Shown piece by piece: positions 49,652 to 63,108 of a stretch of 64,000 nucleotides of DNA. Numbering within the stretch: the stretch's first letter is position 1; the number at the start of each line of letters is the position of its first letter. The stretch comes from Octopus vulgaris (lineage: Eukaryota). Where the stretch lies: assembly GCA_951406725.2 (NCBI GenBank), contig OX597833.1, forward strand, positions 55,242,001 to 55,306,000, written 5' to 3'. The translations under genes were made by a program, and so were the position numbers. The notes below the pieces were generated by a model. It did no database searches. It saw nothing but the letters and a program-made list of their open reading frames with translations, and was not told the DNA's origin.

Positions 49652-50357
49652 CTGTTTCTCTCCTCTCTCTCACCTTGATTTCACATCTCTACCTTTCCTC
49701 CTCACATCTTCCTCTTTCTCACACACCTACCTATAACACCCTCCTTCCTATTTTTCACCCCCTCTCTGTCTCCTTTGTTGCACCTCTCTCTCTCTCTCTC
49801 TTCTTGCACTTCTCTCTCTCTATCTCTCCTTTCTTGCATCTCTCTCTCTCCTTTCTTGCACCTCTCTCTTTCACTCCTTTCTCACCTATTTCACATCCCT
49901 ATCTCTACCCTCTTTCACATCTTCTTAAATTTTCCCCTCCCTCTGTTGCCTCTGGTCCCACCCCCACACATTTCACACACACCCCACTCCCATCCGACCC
50001 CACACCCCCCATACCCACCTGCAAACCATCATCCACTGTTTAAAAAGTGACAATGAACCACCATAAGGGCTGCACTACACAAACAGGGTTATCTCATACT
50101 GAACCCTGTAAAGCTGCCAAACAAAGTATTTATCAAATTCTTCACCTTAAAACCCTTTCCTCCCAAACACACACACACATACACACACACACACATACAC
50201 ACACACACACATACACACAGTTCCTTACTCTCCCCTCGTATGCAGTACACACTCCTTATTTCTAATTCGTCACTTTGGTACTCCTTCCTCTCCCATGAGG
50301 CGAATGGCACTGTGTCGGCACTCAGGTGTGATTGTGCCAACTCTCTTTGAGTTTCTT

Positions 50358-50403
<46 letters not shown>

Positions 50404-51077
50404 ATTCGGTGTATAATTTCTCGTCAAATGTACACACACATACACACACTCACACACACACGGACACAAGCACACACACATGCACAGTGGTATTTATGTA
50501 CATGTGCACGCACAGTCATCATCATCATCATCATCATCATTATAAATGTATATAGTACACTCACAGAAAAGTACACAAATGAAGATTTTCATTAAGATAC
50601 ATGCAAATACATTCAGGTATACACATGCCATCACTTTCTCTCTCTCTCTCTCTCTTCCTCTCATACCTTCCTCCTATCTCTCTCTCTTATCCCTTTCTCC
50701 TATCTCTCTCTCTCTCTCTCATCCTTTTCTCCTATCTCTCTCTCCCTCATTCCTTTCTACTATCTATTTCTCTCTCTCATCCCTTTCTCCTATCTCTCTC
50801 TCTCATCCCTTTCTCCTATCTCTCTCTCTCATCCCTTTCTCTTATCTCTCTCTCTCATCACTTTCTCCTGTCTATCTCTCTCTCTTTCTCATCCCTTTCT
50901 CCTATCTCTCTCTCTCCCTCTTTGTTCTCCTACCTCTCTCCTATCTCTTTCCTTCGCATCTTTCCTCTCTTCCTCCTATCTCTTTTTCTCTCTTCTATCA
51001 CTCTCTCCTATCTCTTTCTCCCCATCTCTTATCTTTTTCCTTCTATCTCTCTTTCCTATCTCTCTCTCCCCCAGTTT

Positions 51078-51119
<42 letters not shown>

Positions 51120-51202
51120 ATACACGAATACCGAAACCTTAATCCATGTCCAGTTTCCATTTCATTCTCAAGCTCATGTCCATTTGCACAATCTCTTTCT
51201 CA

Positions 51203-51240
<38 letters not shown>

Positions 51241-51291
51241 CCACCCCCCTCTCACTCTTTTTCTCACACATACCTACATATGCACAAATAT

Positions 51292-51330
<39 letters not shown>

Positions 51331-51758
51331 CATTCATATGTACATACACACATAAACACACACATGGCCTTACCCATACAGAAAAATGCCTAGTTTGCAC
51401 ACCGCGTGTTACATTGGCAAATGTGTTTACACACTTTGCAAATGCTGTAAGTTTACACACAGTTACACACCAACACATTATTTTGCCTTTCTCTCTCACG
51501 CATCTACTCACACCCATACTGCGTGTGGCATACACAACCTCATACAACACATTATATGGTCACGCATACACATACATACACAGTTCTTCCTTTACACAAA
51601 CTCTCTCTCTCTTTCTCTCCTATCTCTTTCTTTTTCTTCCATCTCTGTCTCTCTTTCCTTCTTTTTCTCTCTCTCTCTCTTTCTCTCTTTCTCTCTCTCT
51701 CTCTCTTACCCTCTTTCTCTCTCTCTCTTTCCCTCTTTCTCTCTCTCTCTCTCTTTCC

Positions 51759-51823
<65 letters not shown>

Positions 51824-52290
51824 TCTTTCTCTCTCTCTCTTTCTTTCTCTCTTACCCTCTTTCTCTCTCTCTCTCTCTTTCCCTCTTTCTTTCTCTCTTT
51901 CTCTTTCTCTCTCTTTCCCTCTTTCTCTCTCTCTCTCTTTCCCTCTTTCCCTCTTTCTCTCTCTTTCCCTCTTTCTCTCTCTCTTTCCCTCTTTCTCTCT
52001 CTCTCTTTCCCCCCCTCTCTCTCTCTCTCCCTCTCTTACAAACTCACACAGAGCACTAGTAAAAAGATCTCCATGAGACTTTTGCCCTCATATTGCAAAC
52101 ACTTAGAATTGACCAGAAGCCTGGAATTACCAAACCATTCTGACAACTCTGCAATAAACTCAAAATATCTGTTGTTAACATTTGGGTTTTTGTATGTTTT
52201 TTTTTATTTATTGTAGCTCCCTCCCTCCCCCCTCTCTCACTCTCTCCTCTCTTTCTTCATCTCTCTCTAAGTCTCTCTCTCTCTCTCTGT
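49385..52290. repeat. Large pyrimidine-rich low-complexity domain with (CT)n and (CA)n arrays
   Basis: Near-pure C/T tracts at ~49390-49930, 50636-51120 and 51600-52035. Confidence 0.93.
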
Positions 52291-52634
52291 CAATTGCTTT
52301 CACTGCTAATAACTTTTAATGGACACCTCCAGTGTCTATTATATAAATGCTGCCTTTGTTCACTGTGATTTTTCTGCTCTTTCTAAACCTCCCACACACA
52401 CACAATTCCCCCCCTCTCTCACTTTTACAATACAGCCCCCCCCCTCACCCCCACTCCTCTCTTTTTTACAATACAACTCTCCCCACACCTCTACACCTCA
52501 ATCTGCTACAATAAACCATTGTTACCTCAGATTTCTCTTATGTTCAACCTCTGGTGTCTATCAAATTGATTACATATCCTATGGAATTTTCTTCAGTTTT
52601 TTTTCTTTTTTTTAATTTTATTTTTTTGTTGTTG

Positions 52635-52675
<41 letters not shown>

Positions 52676-53075
52676 GTTGTTTTTTTTTTGGTTTATTTCG
52701 TTTTGCTACTTTTAACGAGAACTCGATTATAGATTCTATTCGATGTTTCGGCTTTCTGTTTTTCCTAATGGACTTTTGTTGTGCGCATCGGTGTATATTT
52801 TAATGGTTCGCGAGAAAGATGGAAGGGGGGCGGGGTATGAGATGGGGGGTGGGGGGGGGCTCCGTGGCGGTGGGCAGTCGGACGGACGGACGGACGGACG
52901 GACATACTGTAGCAAGCAGTTATAGAGGTCACTCCATGCAGGTTTTGAATTTGAAGCCTGCTGTGGTCAACTGCATCTTTGCTTTTCTTTCACATCAACC
53001 CCATGCCACAACACAGGCATTATCATCATCATTATTATTATTATCATCATTATTATTATTATTATTATTATTATT

Positions 53076-53426
53076 GGTTTTTCTTCTTCTTTCAAATTTG
53101 CTTCTATTTCTTGCCGAGTGTCTTCCCGACTCCTAGGGCAAAGAAACTCATAGTATACATTGGTAGGCCATTAAACTAAACTCACTAGTTCGTTCATTTT
53201 TTTTTTTCATAGAAATAAAGTTAAATTAAAATACATGGGTAGTAATAGTTCTCACTTCAACAATGCTCTTCTCAATATGTGTGATGTACCAGTTAAGACA
53301 ATCTTTTGCACTTCTTGCAGGGATGGTAAGCCAGGGATCATTCTCATATAATTTTCGGTTCCCTTCTTGATCATTCCTAGTGCTCCTACGATCACTGGTA
53401 TTGTAACCGCCTTGAGATGCCACATT
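53076..53426 (-). mobile_element. R4/Dong-like (RLE-type) non-LTR element 3' end in (TAA)n
   Basis: MWHLKAVTIPVIVGALGMIKKGTENYMRMIPGLPSLQEVQKIVLTGTSHILRRALLK* (53252-53425) has the W..IP.viGALG...QK..L.GT..ILR C-terminal pattern; (ATT)n on both flanks. Confidence 0.8.
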
Positions 53427-53455
53427 TTATTATTATTATTATTGTTATTGTTATT

Positions 53456-53533
<78 letters not shown>

Positions 53534-53535
<2 letters not shown>

Positions 53536-53764
53536 GGCGGTGAACTGGAAGAACCATTAGTGCGCTAGACGAAATGCTTAGTGGTATTTCAACCATCGCT
53601 ACATTCTGAGTTCAAATTCCGCTGGGGTCAACTTTGCCTTTCATCTTTTCGGGTTTGACAAATTAAGTACCAGTGAAACACTGGGGTCGATGTAATCAAC
53701 CTATCCCCTCCCCAAAATGGCTGCCCTTGTGACAAAATTTGAAACCATTATTATTATTATTATT
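53534..53764 (+). mobile_element. SINE family A variant between (ATT)n tracts
   Basis: AAGGCGGTGAACTGG head ... AAATTTGAAACC(ATT)n. Confidence 0.85.
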
Positions 53765-53765
53765 T

Positions 53766-54010
53766 TATGTTTGACTTTTGCTTTACATTTGTACAAGTTG
53801 GCTCCAAGTCTCACCCAGAGACCTCAAGAGACAACAAGTTGGAAGTTCATGTTGGTGTTATGCCTAGGGTGTCATATATTTGGTTTTGTACTTAGTGTTG
53901 TACTAGTGAATGTTTAAGAAACCATAAGAAAATTATGTTTGTTTTAAAACTTGAGATTACATAGAAAGTATTTTGCATAGGATATGAGCAGTTTCCATGA
54001 GCACTATGAA
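53766..54010 (-). mobile_element. Second R4/Dong-like family 3' end
   Basis: Minus strand IVLMETAHILCKILSM* (stop 53957-53959), homologous to IVLTGTSHILRRAL; different UTR, (AAT)n tail. Confidence 0.72.
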
Positions 54011-54189
54011 CACTATAATAATGATGATAATAATAATAATAATTATTATTATTATTATTATTATTATTATCATTATTATTATTATTAATAGTAACAATAA
54101 TCTTTTTTACTATAGGCACAAGGCCTGAAAGTTTGGTGGAGGGGGTGACAGTGCTCAATTGATAATAATAAGGATGATAATAATAATAA

Positions 54190-54410
54190 TGGTTTCGAAT
54201 TTTGGCACAGGGCCAGAAATATCAGGGAAGGGGCTAAGTTGATTACATTGACCCCAGTGCTCAACTGGTGCTTATATTATTGACCCTGAAAGGATAAAAA
54301 GTGAAGTCGACCTCAGCAGAATTTTAAGACAGAACCTTGTGATGTAAAGCCAGATAAAATGTCACTAAGCCTTTTGCTTGGTCTGTTAAGAATTCTGTCA
54401 GCCCACTACC

Positions 54411-54459
<49 letters not shown>

Positions 54460-54680
54460 TGATAATAATGGTTTCAAATTTTGTGACAAGGACAGCAATT
54501 TGTGGTGGTGGTGAGTTGATTACATCGACCCCCAGTGTTCAACTGGTGCTTATTTTATCGACCCCGAAAGGATGAAAGGCAAAGTCAACCTCGACAGAAT
54601 TTGAACTCAGAACATAGCGATGGTGAAATACCGCTAAGCATTTCATCCAGAGTGCTGGCCATTCTGCCAGCTTGCTGCCT
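54190..54680 (-). mobile_element. Two head-to-tail SINE A variant copies separated by (AAT)n
   Basis: 54190-54412 and 54468-54680 both begin GGTTTCRAATTTTG on + and end near the family A head. Confidence 0.85.
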
Positions 54681-54709
54681 GAATAAGAATAATAGTAATA
54701 ATAGTAGTA

Positions 54710-54761
<52 letters not shown>

Positions 54762-55086
54762 CCTTTACTAAATCCAGAATTCATTGTTCTAATACTAAGG
54801 GTAAAGGGTAAAAACCCCACTTCAATCATGAATGACCATGGAATTGCACCTAGAAAGTTCTCCTCTCAGGCACAAGTCTGGGCAAGGTGGTTTATGGAAG
54901 ACCAACAGTTGCCCCCATCCATACTAGCCTCTTCTCTCCACGCCAACAATGTTGTCCAAGGGAAATGTAAAGGCAGCTACAGCTTTTACATACATACACA
55001 CATACATACATACATATATACATAGATACATACATACAGGGGGGTTCAAAAGTAGGTATACATTTATGAAAAAAAACATACAATGC

Positions 55087-55506
55087 TCTATTTTACTTGT
55101 TTCAGTCATTTGACTGCAGCCATGCTGGAGCACCACCTTCAGTCGAGCAAATTGACCCCAGGACTTATTCTTTGGAAGCCTAGTACTTATTCTATCGGTC
55201 TCTTTTGCCGAATCGCTAAGTTATAGGGACGTAAACACACCAGCAACGGTTGTCAAATGATGTTGGGGGGACAAACACAGACACACAAACACACACACAA
55301 ACATGCACATACACACACATACACACACACACACACATGTATAAGATGGGCTTCTTTCAGTTTCCGTCTACCAAATCCATTCACAAGGCTTTGGTCGGCC
55401 CGAGGCTATAGTAGAAGACACTTTCCCAAGGTTCCACACAGCTGGACTGAACCTGGAACCATGTGATTCGTAAGCAAATTACTTACCACACAGCCACTCC
55501 TACGCC
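55087..55506 (-). mobile_element. SINE family B with internal (CA)n instead of (TA)n
   Basis: Reverse complement of family B. Confidence 0.9.
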
Positions 55507-55664
55507 TCATATATTTTTATCAAAAAAATTAAAAGTTTAGATAAATGTACTCTTAAGATTAATGACACTGAAAATATTGAAATGAGGCTAACTTAATTAT
55601 TTTGATAAAAATAAATGAGTGTTTTACGTGTTTTCTTTTTTCATAACTGTATACCTACTTTTGT

Positions 55665-55926
55665 GTGGAGGCGCATGGCTTAGTGGTTAGGGTGTCAGCA
55701 CCGTGATCGTAAGATTGTGGTTTCGATTCCTGGACCGAGCGATGCGTTGTGTTCTTGAGCAAAACACTGCATTTCATGCTCCAGTCCACTCAGCTGGCAA
55801 AAATGAGTAACACTGCAATGGACTGGCGTCCCGTCCAGCTGGGGAACATATATGCCATAGAAACTGGGAAACCGGGCCCATGGGCCTGGCTAGGCTTTAA
55901 AAAGGGCACATTTATTATGTTTTTTT
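55665..55926 (+). mobile_element. SINE family C, full length
   Basis: 15-bp TSD tatacctacttttgt at 55650-55664 and 55927-55941. Confidence 0.92.
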
Positions 55927-56048
55927 TATACCTACTTTTGTACGCCCCACCACCACCAAGTATATACACACACGTGCACGTGCAACAGGCTTCTTCCAGT
56001 TCCCATCCACCAAATCCCCTCGTATGGCTTTGGCTCGCCTAAGGCTAC

Positions 56049-56536
56049 ATCATCATCATCATCATCATCGTTTAGCATCCGTTTTCCGTGTTAGCACAGG
56101 TTAGACGGTTTGACTGGGGTCTGGGAAGCCAGGAGGCTGCACCAGGCTCCAGTCTGATCTGGCAGTATTTCTACAGCTGGATGCCCTTTCTAACACCAAC
56201 GACTCCGTGAGTGTAGTGGGTGCTTTTTATGTGCCAGGGGAGGCTGGCAGCGGCCACGATCAGTTGGTGCTTTTTACGTGCCACTGGCACAGAAGCCAGT
56301 CAAGGCGACGCTGGCATCGACCACGTTTAGATGGTGCTTTTTACGTGCCACAGGCACAGGTGCCAGGGGAGGCTGGCAGCGGCCACGATCGGCTGGTGCT
56401 CTTTACGTGCCACTGGCACAGAAGCCAGTCAAGGCGGCGCTGGCATCGGCCACATTCGGATGGTGCTTTTTACGTGCCACCGGCACAGGTATCACAACTA
56501 CAATTTCCATTTGATTTTTTTTATTTTGATGTTGAT
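56049..56536 (-). mobile_element. Family E inserted into a minus-strand SINE B 5' half (~55985-56627)
   Basis: Family B sequence resumes at ~56540 (ACATTTGACTAAGGTGCCACGCAGTGGGACTGAACC). Confidence 0.85.
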
Positions 56537-56834
56537 ATAGGAAACATTTGACTAAGGTGCCACGCAGTGGGACTGAACCCAGAACCATGTGGTTGGGAAG
56601 CAAGCTACTTACCACACAGCCCCACCTGTACCTGTTATATAGTCATGATTCCCCTTACCTTTTCTGTAACTATTCCAAATACATTATTGATATTATTATT
56701 CTCTCGAAACTAACTCCATTTAGTTCTAATGAATGTTTCTCGTTAGAGAAGACTTACATTGTCTATTTCTTCATCAGCACTTTCTTCCGTTTCTTTTTTC
56801 TATCTTTTATTTGCAATATTTTCCCATAAGTTTG

Positions 56835-56870
<36 letters not shown>

Positions 56871-57379
56871 CCCCTCACTCTTCCTTTCTCACCCCCTATT
56901 TCACTCTCCTTCCTCCCTCTTCTCTCATCCCCACTCTCTCTAAAGAAAAAAAATATTAAGAAAATACAGAACTGGAATCTTTCAATTAAAATTATACTTC
57001 CATTTAATAGGCGTTTGATTTCAGTTTAAGAATGAAAAAAAAATCATTTCTTCAAATTGGTTTTTTTTTTTTTTTTTTTTTTTTTTGGAGACCATCACCC
57101 CGCAACTTCGTTTTGCTTTATGAAGACACATCTTTTTATCATTTCCAAATTTGAAACATTAATAAACGAGAGTAAATCAAAATTTCCATCAAAGCTCTAC
57201 AGAAAAAAGCCATCTTTTTCTTTCTATTTTTCTTCCTTACTTTTTACCCCACCCCCCACCCCGCAATACTTTTTACTATTTTATGAATATTAAACCAGAA
57301 AGGAAATGTCTTCAGAGATGGTAAGCCAATAAAAGCGGTTTTAGGTAGCCTACATTTTCACATTCTATTATTATTATTA

Positions 57380-57438
<59 letters not shown>

Positions 57439-57462
57439 CATTATTATTACTATTATTATTAC

Positions 57463-57513
<51 letters not shown>

Positions 57514-57674
57514 GTTTGCTTATTCTGCTTTATCCAAAGTTATTGTTGCATGCAATAATATGTTAATATTCAAATTTACTAACTCTAATCCACTCACGGT
57601 AGCACAGAATAAAATGGCTGTAAAATGCAAATGGAATTCTTATGTAATATCTTCTTTTTACTTCTCCCTTCATC

Positions 57675-57737
57675 GGGTTAACCATTAGTTTTCTGAGTAG
57701 AAGCTGGTAGATTGAATTTGTGCAGAAAACTATTCAC

Positions 57738-57771
<34 letters not shown>

Positions 57772-58690
57772 CTATCTTTGAGAGTAGTAGCTCCCAGTAT
57801 GAATGATTCAGACTGTCTACCCCTCTGACTCATACCAGCATGGAAGTCAGATGTGAAATCGTGATTAAGTCACACGTGTGTGCTGACATCTAAGTCTGTT
57901 TTCATTTTTGAAAAATTTTTTAAGAACTAGTGTTGTGTCAAAAAAAAAAATAGAAAAGAAAACATGACTGCGTGGCATCTTGGGCAAGTGTCTTCTGCTA
58001 TAGCCCCGGGCCGACCAATGCCTTGTGAGTGGATTTGGTAGACGGAAACTGAAAGAAGCCTGTCGTATATATGTATATATATATATATATATGTATGTGT
58101 GTTTGTTTGTGTGTCTGTGTTTGTCCCCCTAGCATTGCTTGACGACCGATGCTGGTGTGTTTATGTTTCCATTACTTAGCGGTTCGGCAAAAGAGACCGA
58201 TAGAATAAGTACTGGGTTTACAAAAAGAATAAGTCCCGGGGTCGAGTTGCTCGATTAAAGGCGGTGCTCCAGCATGGCCGCAGTCAAATGACTGAAACAA
58301 GTAAAAGAGTATGACATGTTTGATGGCCTAGTGATGCAGGTTTTTTTTTCCTGAAAAATGCCTCAAAAATCTTTGGGTTAACTATTACCTTGTGAGTAGA
58401 AGCTGGAAGATTGAATTTGTGCAGAAACCTATTCACGTGAGCGTGTGTGTAGCAGTCTTTGAGAGTAGTTGTTCCCAATATGAATTATTCAGACTGTGAC
58501 TACCCATCTCACCCATGCCAGCATGGAATTCAGATGTGAAATCATGATAAAATCATACATATGTACCATCATCTATGCATGTGCTTTCATTTATTTTGAA
58601 AAATTTTGTAAGAACTAGTGTTGTGTCAAAAAAAACATATTTGATGGCCCAGAGATGCACATATTTTTCCCCTGAAAAATACCTCCAAAA
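57675..58690. repeat. Old ~370-bp tandem duplication; first unit interrupted by a 5'-truncated SINE B (57969-58311)
   Basis: GAGTAGAAGCTGG..AGATTGAATTTGTGCAGAAA and TAAGAACTAGTGTTGTGTCAAAAAAAA each occur twice. Confidence 0.8.
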
Positions 58691-59122
58691 AAAAAAAATC
58701 TCCCTAGGTCTTGAGTTAAGCCTTCTATAAGCACAAAAAACCTTTTTGCCCTGAACATGTGCCACTGAAATTTGGGGAGCACCTTATATGCTGGTGCTCC
58801 TTCTGTACCACCAAATAACGGCAGTTCCATTCACATCTATGTTGCCTTGTCTTCTAATGCAATTCCAATTACGTATCTTATGCCTTGTCTTTGACTGTTC
58901 CAAACCACTTCAGAACAACTTTATTTTTAAGTTTGATACTTTCTTCTATTAGTCTCTTTTGCTGACCCACTAAGTTATAGGATGTAAAGAAACCAACACT
59001 AATTATCTATAAGGTACTGGGGATACTCACACACAGTTGTGTATGTGTATGTATGGGTGTGTATCTCTCTATCTATCAATCAATCTATCTATCTGCCTGC
59101 ATATATGTGTGTGTGTGTGTGT

Positions 59123-59411
59123 AGGCACAATGGCCTAGTGGTTAGGGCAGCGAACTCGCGGCCATAGCATCATAGTTTCGATTCACAGAGTGGGCGTTGT
59201 GAGTGTTTATTGAGTGAAAACACCTAAAGCTCCACGAGGCTCCGGCAGGGGGTGGTGGCGATCCTTGCCACAACTTTCTCTCTCTCTTTCTTCTGTTGGC
59301 CTACTCGCTCAGCCAGCGGGGTGGCGTCATTTGAAGGCTAAAACTATACGAAGCGCATTGTGACCAGTGATGTGTAGCAGCATCTGATAGACTGGTCGGT
59401 CACAGTGATCA
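59123..59411 (+). mobile_element. SINE family D
   Basis: Same head and tail as 43102-43389. Confidence 0.9.
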
Positions 59412-60137
59412 CGGTGATATATATATATATCAACACATACACTTGACAGGTTTCCACACAGTTTTTGTCTCCCAAATTCACTCGCAAGACACTGAATGGC
59501 CCAGGGCTATAGTAGATGACACTTGCCCAAGGTACCATGCAATGGGACTGAACCCAAAACCACGTTGGCAGAAAGCAAGCTTCTTAACCAAACAGCCATA
59601 TAGAATATGGTAGATCATGTTATGAAGGAATAATAACAGAATACACTAAACGAGCATAAAATGTAAACAAATGTTCAACAAATAATATCAGCACCTATGG
59701 TCTTCCATACATTCTAAACCATAACACTCTACAACTTCCACTTTATATTTTTATTACACAGCACCAGATAACATGTTTAATTGCAGCGTTTTATTATTAT
59801 CATTATAACTACTATAGTTGTTATTTCTTCTCTGTTAGAGAATCTTGTGTTAGTGCTTGTAACATTAAGGAAGAAACACATTGCTACTGGTTGTCTTTTG
59901 TTAATTTTATTTGGTAATTATACTAGATTGGTTTAAAACTCTTCTCGCCGTCTCTGTTGTATTCTTGCTAGCTTTTTCTAACAGAATAGATTGTTTGTTA
60001 ATGTATTCTGTCTGGATTTTAATTCTTCTTGTAGCTAAACTAACTGTTCTCTATTACAATCTAATACACTGCAATTTCTGCTATCGTGAGAATCACGCCC
60101 ATCTTTTACTGACCACATCAGCAGCAGAAGCAGCAGT

Positions 60138-60541
60138 GGAGGCATAATGGCCCAATGGTTAGGGCAGCAGACTCGCAGTCGGAGGATCACGGTTTCGATT
60201 CCCAGACCGGGCGTTGTGTGTGCATTTATTGAGCAAAAAACACCTAAAGCCCCACGAGGCTCCAGCGGGGGGTGGGGGTGTCGACCCCTGTTGTACTCTT
60301 TCGCTCCAACTTTCTCTCACTCTTTCTTCCTGTTTCCTGTCCCCGACTTCCTACACAACCGCTGAGCCTGGATGCGCATTCAGTCATCCATCCGTCGATG
60401 CTCTCGGTGTCGGGGGTTGACCTGCTTTCTCTTCTGTGGATCTTATGAATAGCAAAGGACCATGTTTCGGACTTCTCCCACTACAGAGGCGTGATCTTGC
60501 GAGCTCTAGGACGAAGACCGCTTCGCTCAACAAACAAACAA
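60138..60541 (+). mobile_element. SINE with family D head and a third tail type ending (AAAC)n
   Basis: Family D to ~60330, then unrelated GC-rich tail ending CTTCGCTCAACAAACAAACAA. Confidence 0.8.
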
Positions 60542-61364
60542 GCAGTAGTGGCACCGTTTAACATACACTTTTCAATGCTTGTATGAGTCAAGCCAAACTT
60601 GATGAGGAAGATTTTCTATGACTGGATGCTCTACTTACTGCTAACCTTCACCTATTTCCAAACGAGCTTATATATTTTCCCCCTTGGCTAGACATGTCTT
60701 TCATGGAAGGCAGGAAATGAAGAATGTTGCTTATTTGATGGTGAAGTTTATTTACGACTATCACGTGATGTCAAAGCAAGAATACACACAAACACAACCA
60801 CACACATACACACATATACAAATGTGATTGTAAGGTAAGAGGCTTGCTTCCCAACCACATGGTAGATGGAAACTGAAAGAAGCCCACTTAACTATATTCA
60901 ATATGAAACTTAAATTTGATTTAACATAATTTCTCAAATTGAATTCATTGGACATGGAAACACTTGTAGTGTCTGTGGGTTTGTTTTTGTTTGGAATTAA
61001 ATATGTTCTAATAAATTGATACCTATATCTCAATTCCTCCGTTTTCTTTTTCTCATATATATATGTATGTATGCTTATATCTATGTCTGTGTGTCTGTAT
61101 TTTTCCTGCATATTTTTCCATATGTGACCTTGTGTGAAGTGTGCGTATGTGTATATAGTGATGTGCACCAGTCTTCATTTGTGTATGCATGTGTGTATGT
61201 ATGCTTGTCTGTCAATATTACCTATGTACCTGCCTATCTGCACATTGATCTGTTTACATTCGTATATATTTACCTACATATTTATGTATATACATACATG
61301 CATACATATATACACACACACACATACATATGTCTACATAATAGCCCACTAACTATTCTATCTG

Positions 61365-61439
<75 letters not shown>

Positions 61440-61463
61440 TGAGTATAGAGGTATGGCTACCTA

Positions 61464-62445
61464 CTACATATATTTCCTATTTAGTACTGAGGATGTTTCA
61501 TTTATGAGGACACACTCTTGTATTTGCCCGAGTGTTGGGTCCTTCGGGTCCTTGGCTAAAATGTGTATGTCAAGTTGACCCAGGTTGCTTCCATGTTGGT
61601 CCTTGGTATGTTTGTAAGAGTATGGAGGACTGTTTTTATCATCATATTGTCTCAAATGTTTCATTTAGTCTTTCTGCAATGCTCCTAGATGTCTCACCTA
61701 TGTATACCATGTTCTTGTCTTTACAAGCACCTTCCATGCAACTTATGCTGTTGACTACATTTCTAGTTCTACAGTTAATGCCAGGGTTAATACTACATAC
61801 CTATTTCTTTACTACCCACAAGGAGCTAAACACAGAGTGAACAAACAAGGACAGACAAACGCATTAAGTCGATTATATCGACCCCAGTGCGTAACTGGTA
61901 CTTATTTAATCGACCCCGAAAGGATGAAAGGCAAAGTCGACCTCGGCGGAATTTGAACTCAGAACGCAACGGCAGACGAAATACCACAAAGCATTTCACC
62001 CGGTGTGTTAACCTATCTGCCAGTTTGCCGCCTTAGGTTAATCCTACATACCATGTAGTTATCATTGATACGTTTGTTATTCTGAAAGAGTTATGTCCTA
62101 CACAGTTGTGATCTGATGGCTTTTCAATGATCATAATGTTGAGTTTGGCCTCCTTCAGAACTCTCCTAAATATACAGGCTAGTTCTCCATGAGCTGTGGC
62201 CTCTGCAAACTGCAAACATCACTCCTTGATATTTGTCATTCTTGTACCACGTGTTCACCCTGTTTGCTTTGTCACAAACTCTTTGTATTCTATTCCAGTC
62301 TTTACTTGTATATCTAGGGCAGGTACCACTGGTTTCATTACATATGATGCTATCTAACTTCTTTCTAGCACTCATGTATACTCGAACCCTACCTTTCTGA
62401 TAATATCCAAAGAATTGCATGTGGTGCATGAAGTTCTGTACATGT
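61464..62445 (-). pseudogene. Penelope-like element ORF remnant: post-RT linker, Cys-rich region and GIY-YIG endonuclease
   Basis: Minus strand: [14 protein letters not shown](fs)[29 protein letters not shown]...VCSINPGINCRTRNVVNSISCMEGACKDKNMVYIGETSRSIAERLNE(fs)HLRQYDD...[18 protein letters not shown]. Confidence 0.88.
61801..62035 (-). mobile_element. SINE family A inserted in the Penelope-like ORF
   Basis: 16-bp TSD ggttaat(a/c)ctacatac at 61785-61800 and 62036-62051. Confidence 0.92.
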
Positions 62446-62451
62446 TTCAAA

Positions 62452-63108
<657 letters not shown>

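Noticed and set aside
52340-52370. TATA box plus initiator
   Set aside because: Spacing too short and TATA-like words are ubiquitous in this AT-rich DNA
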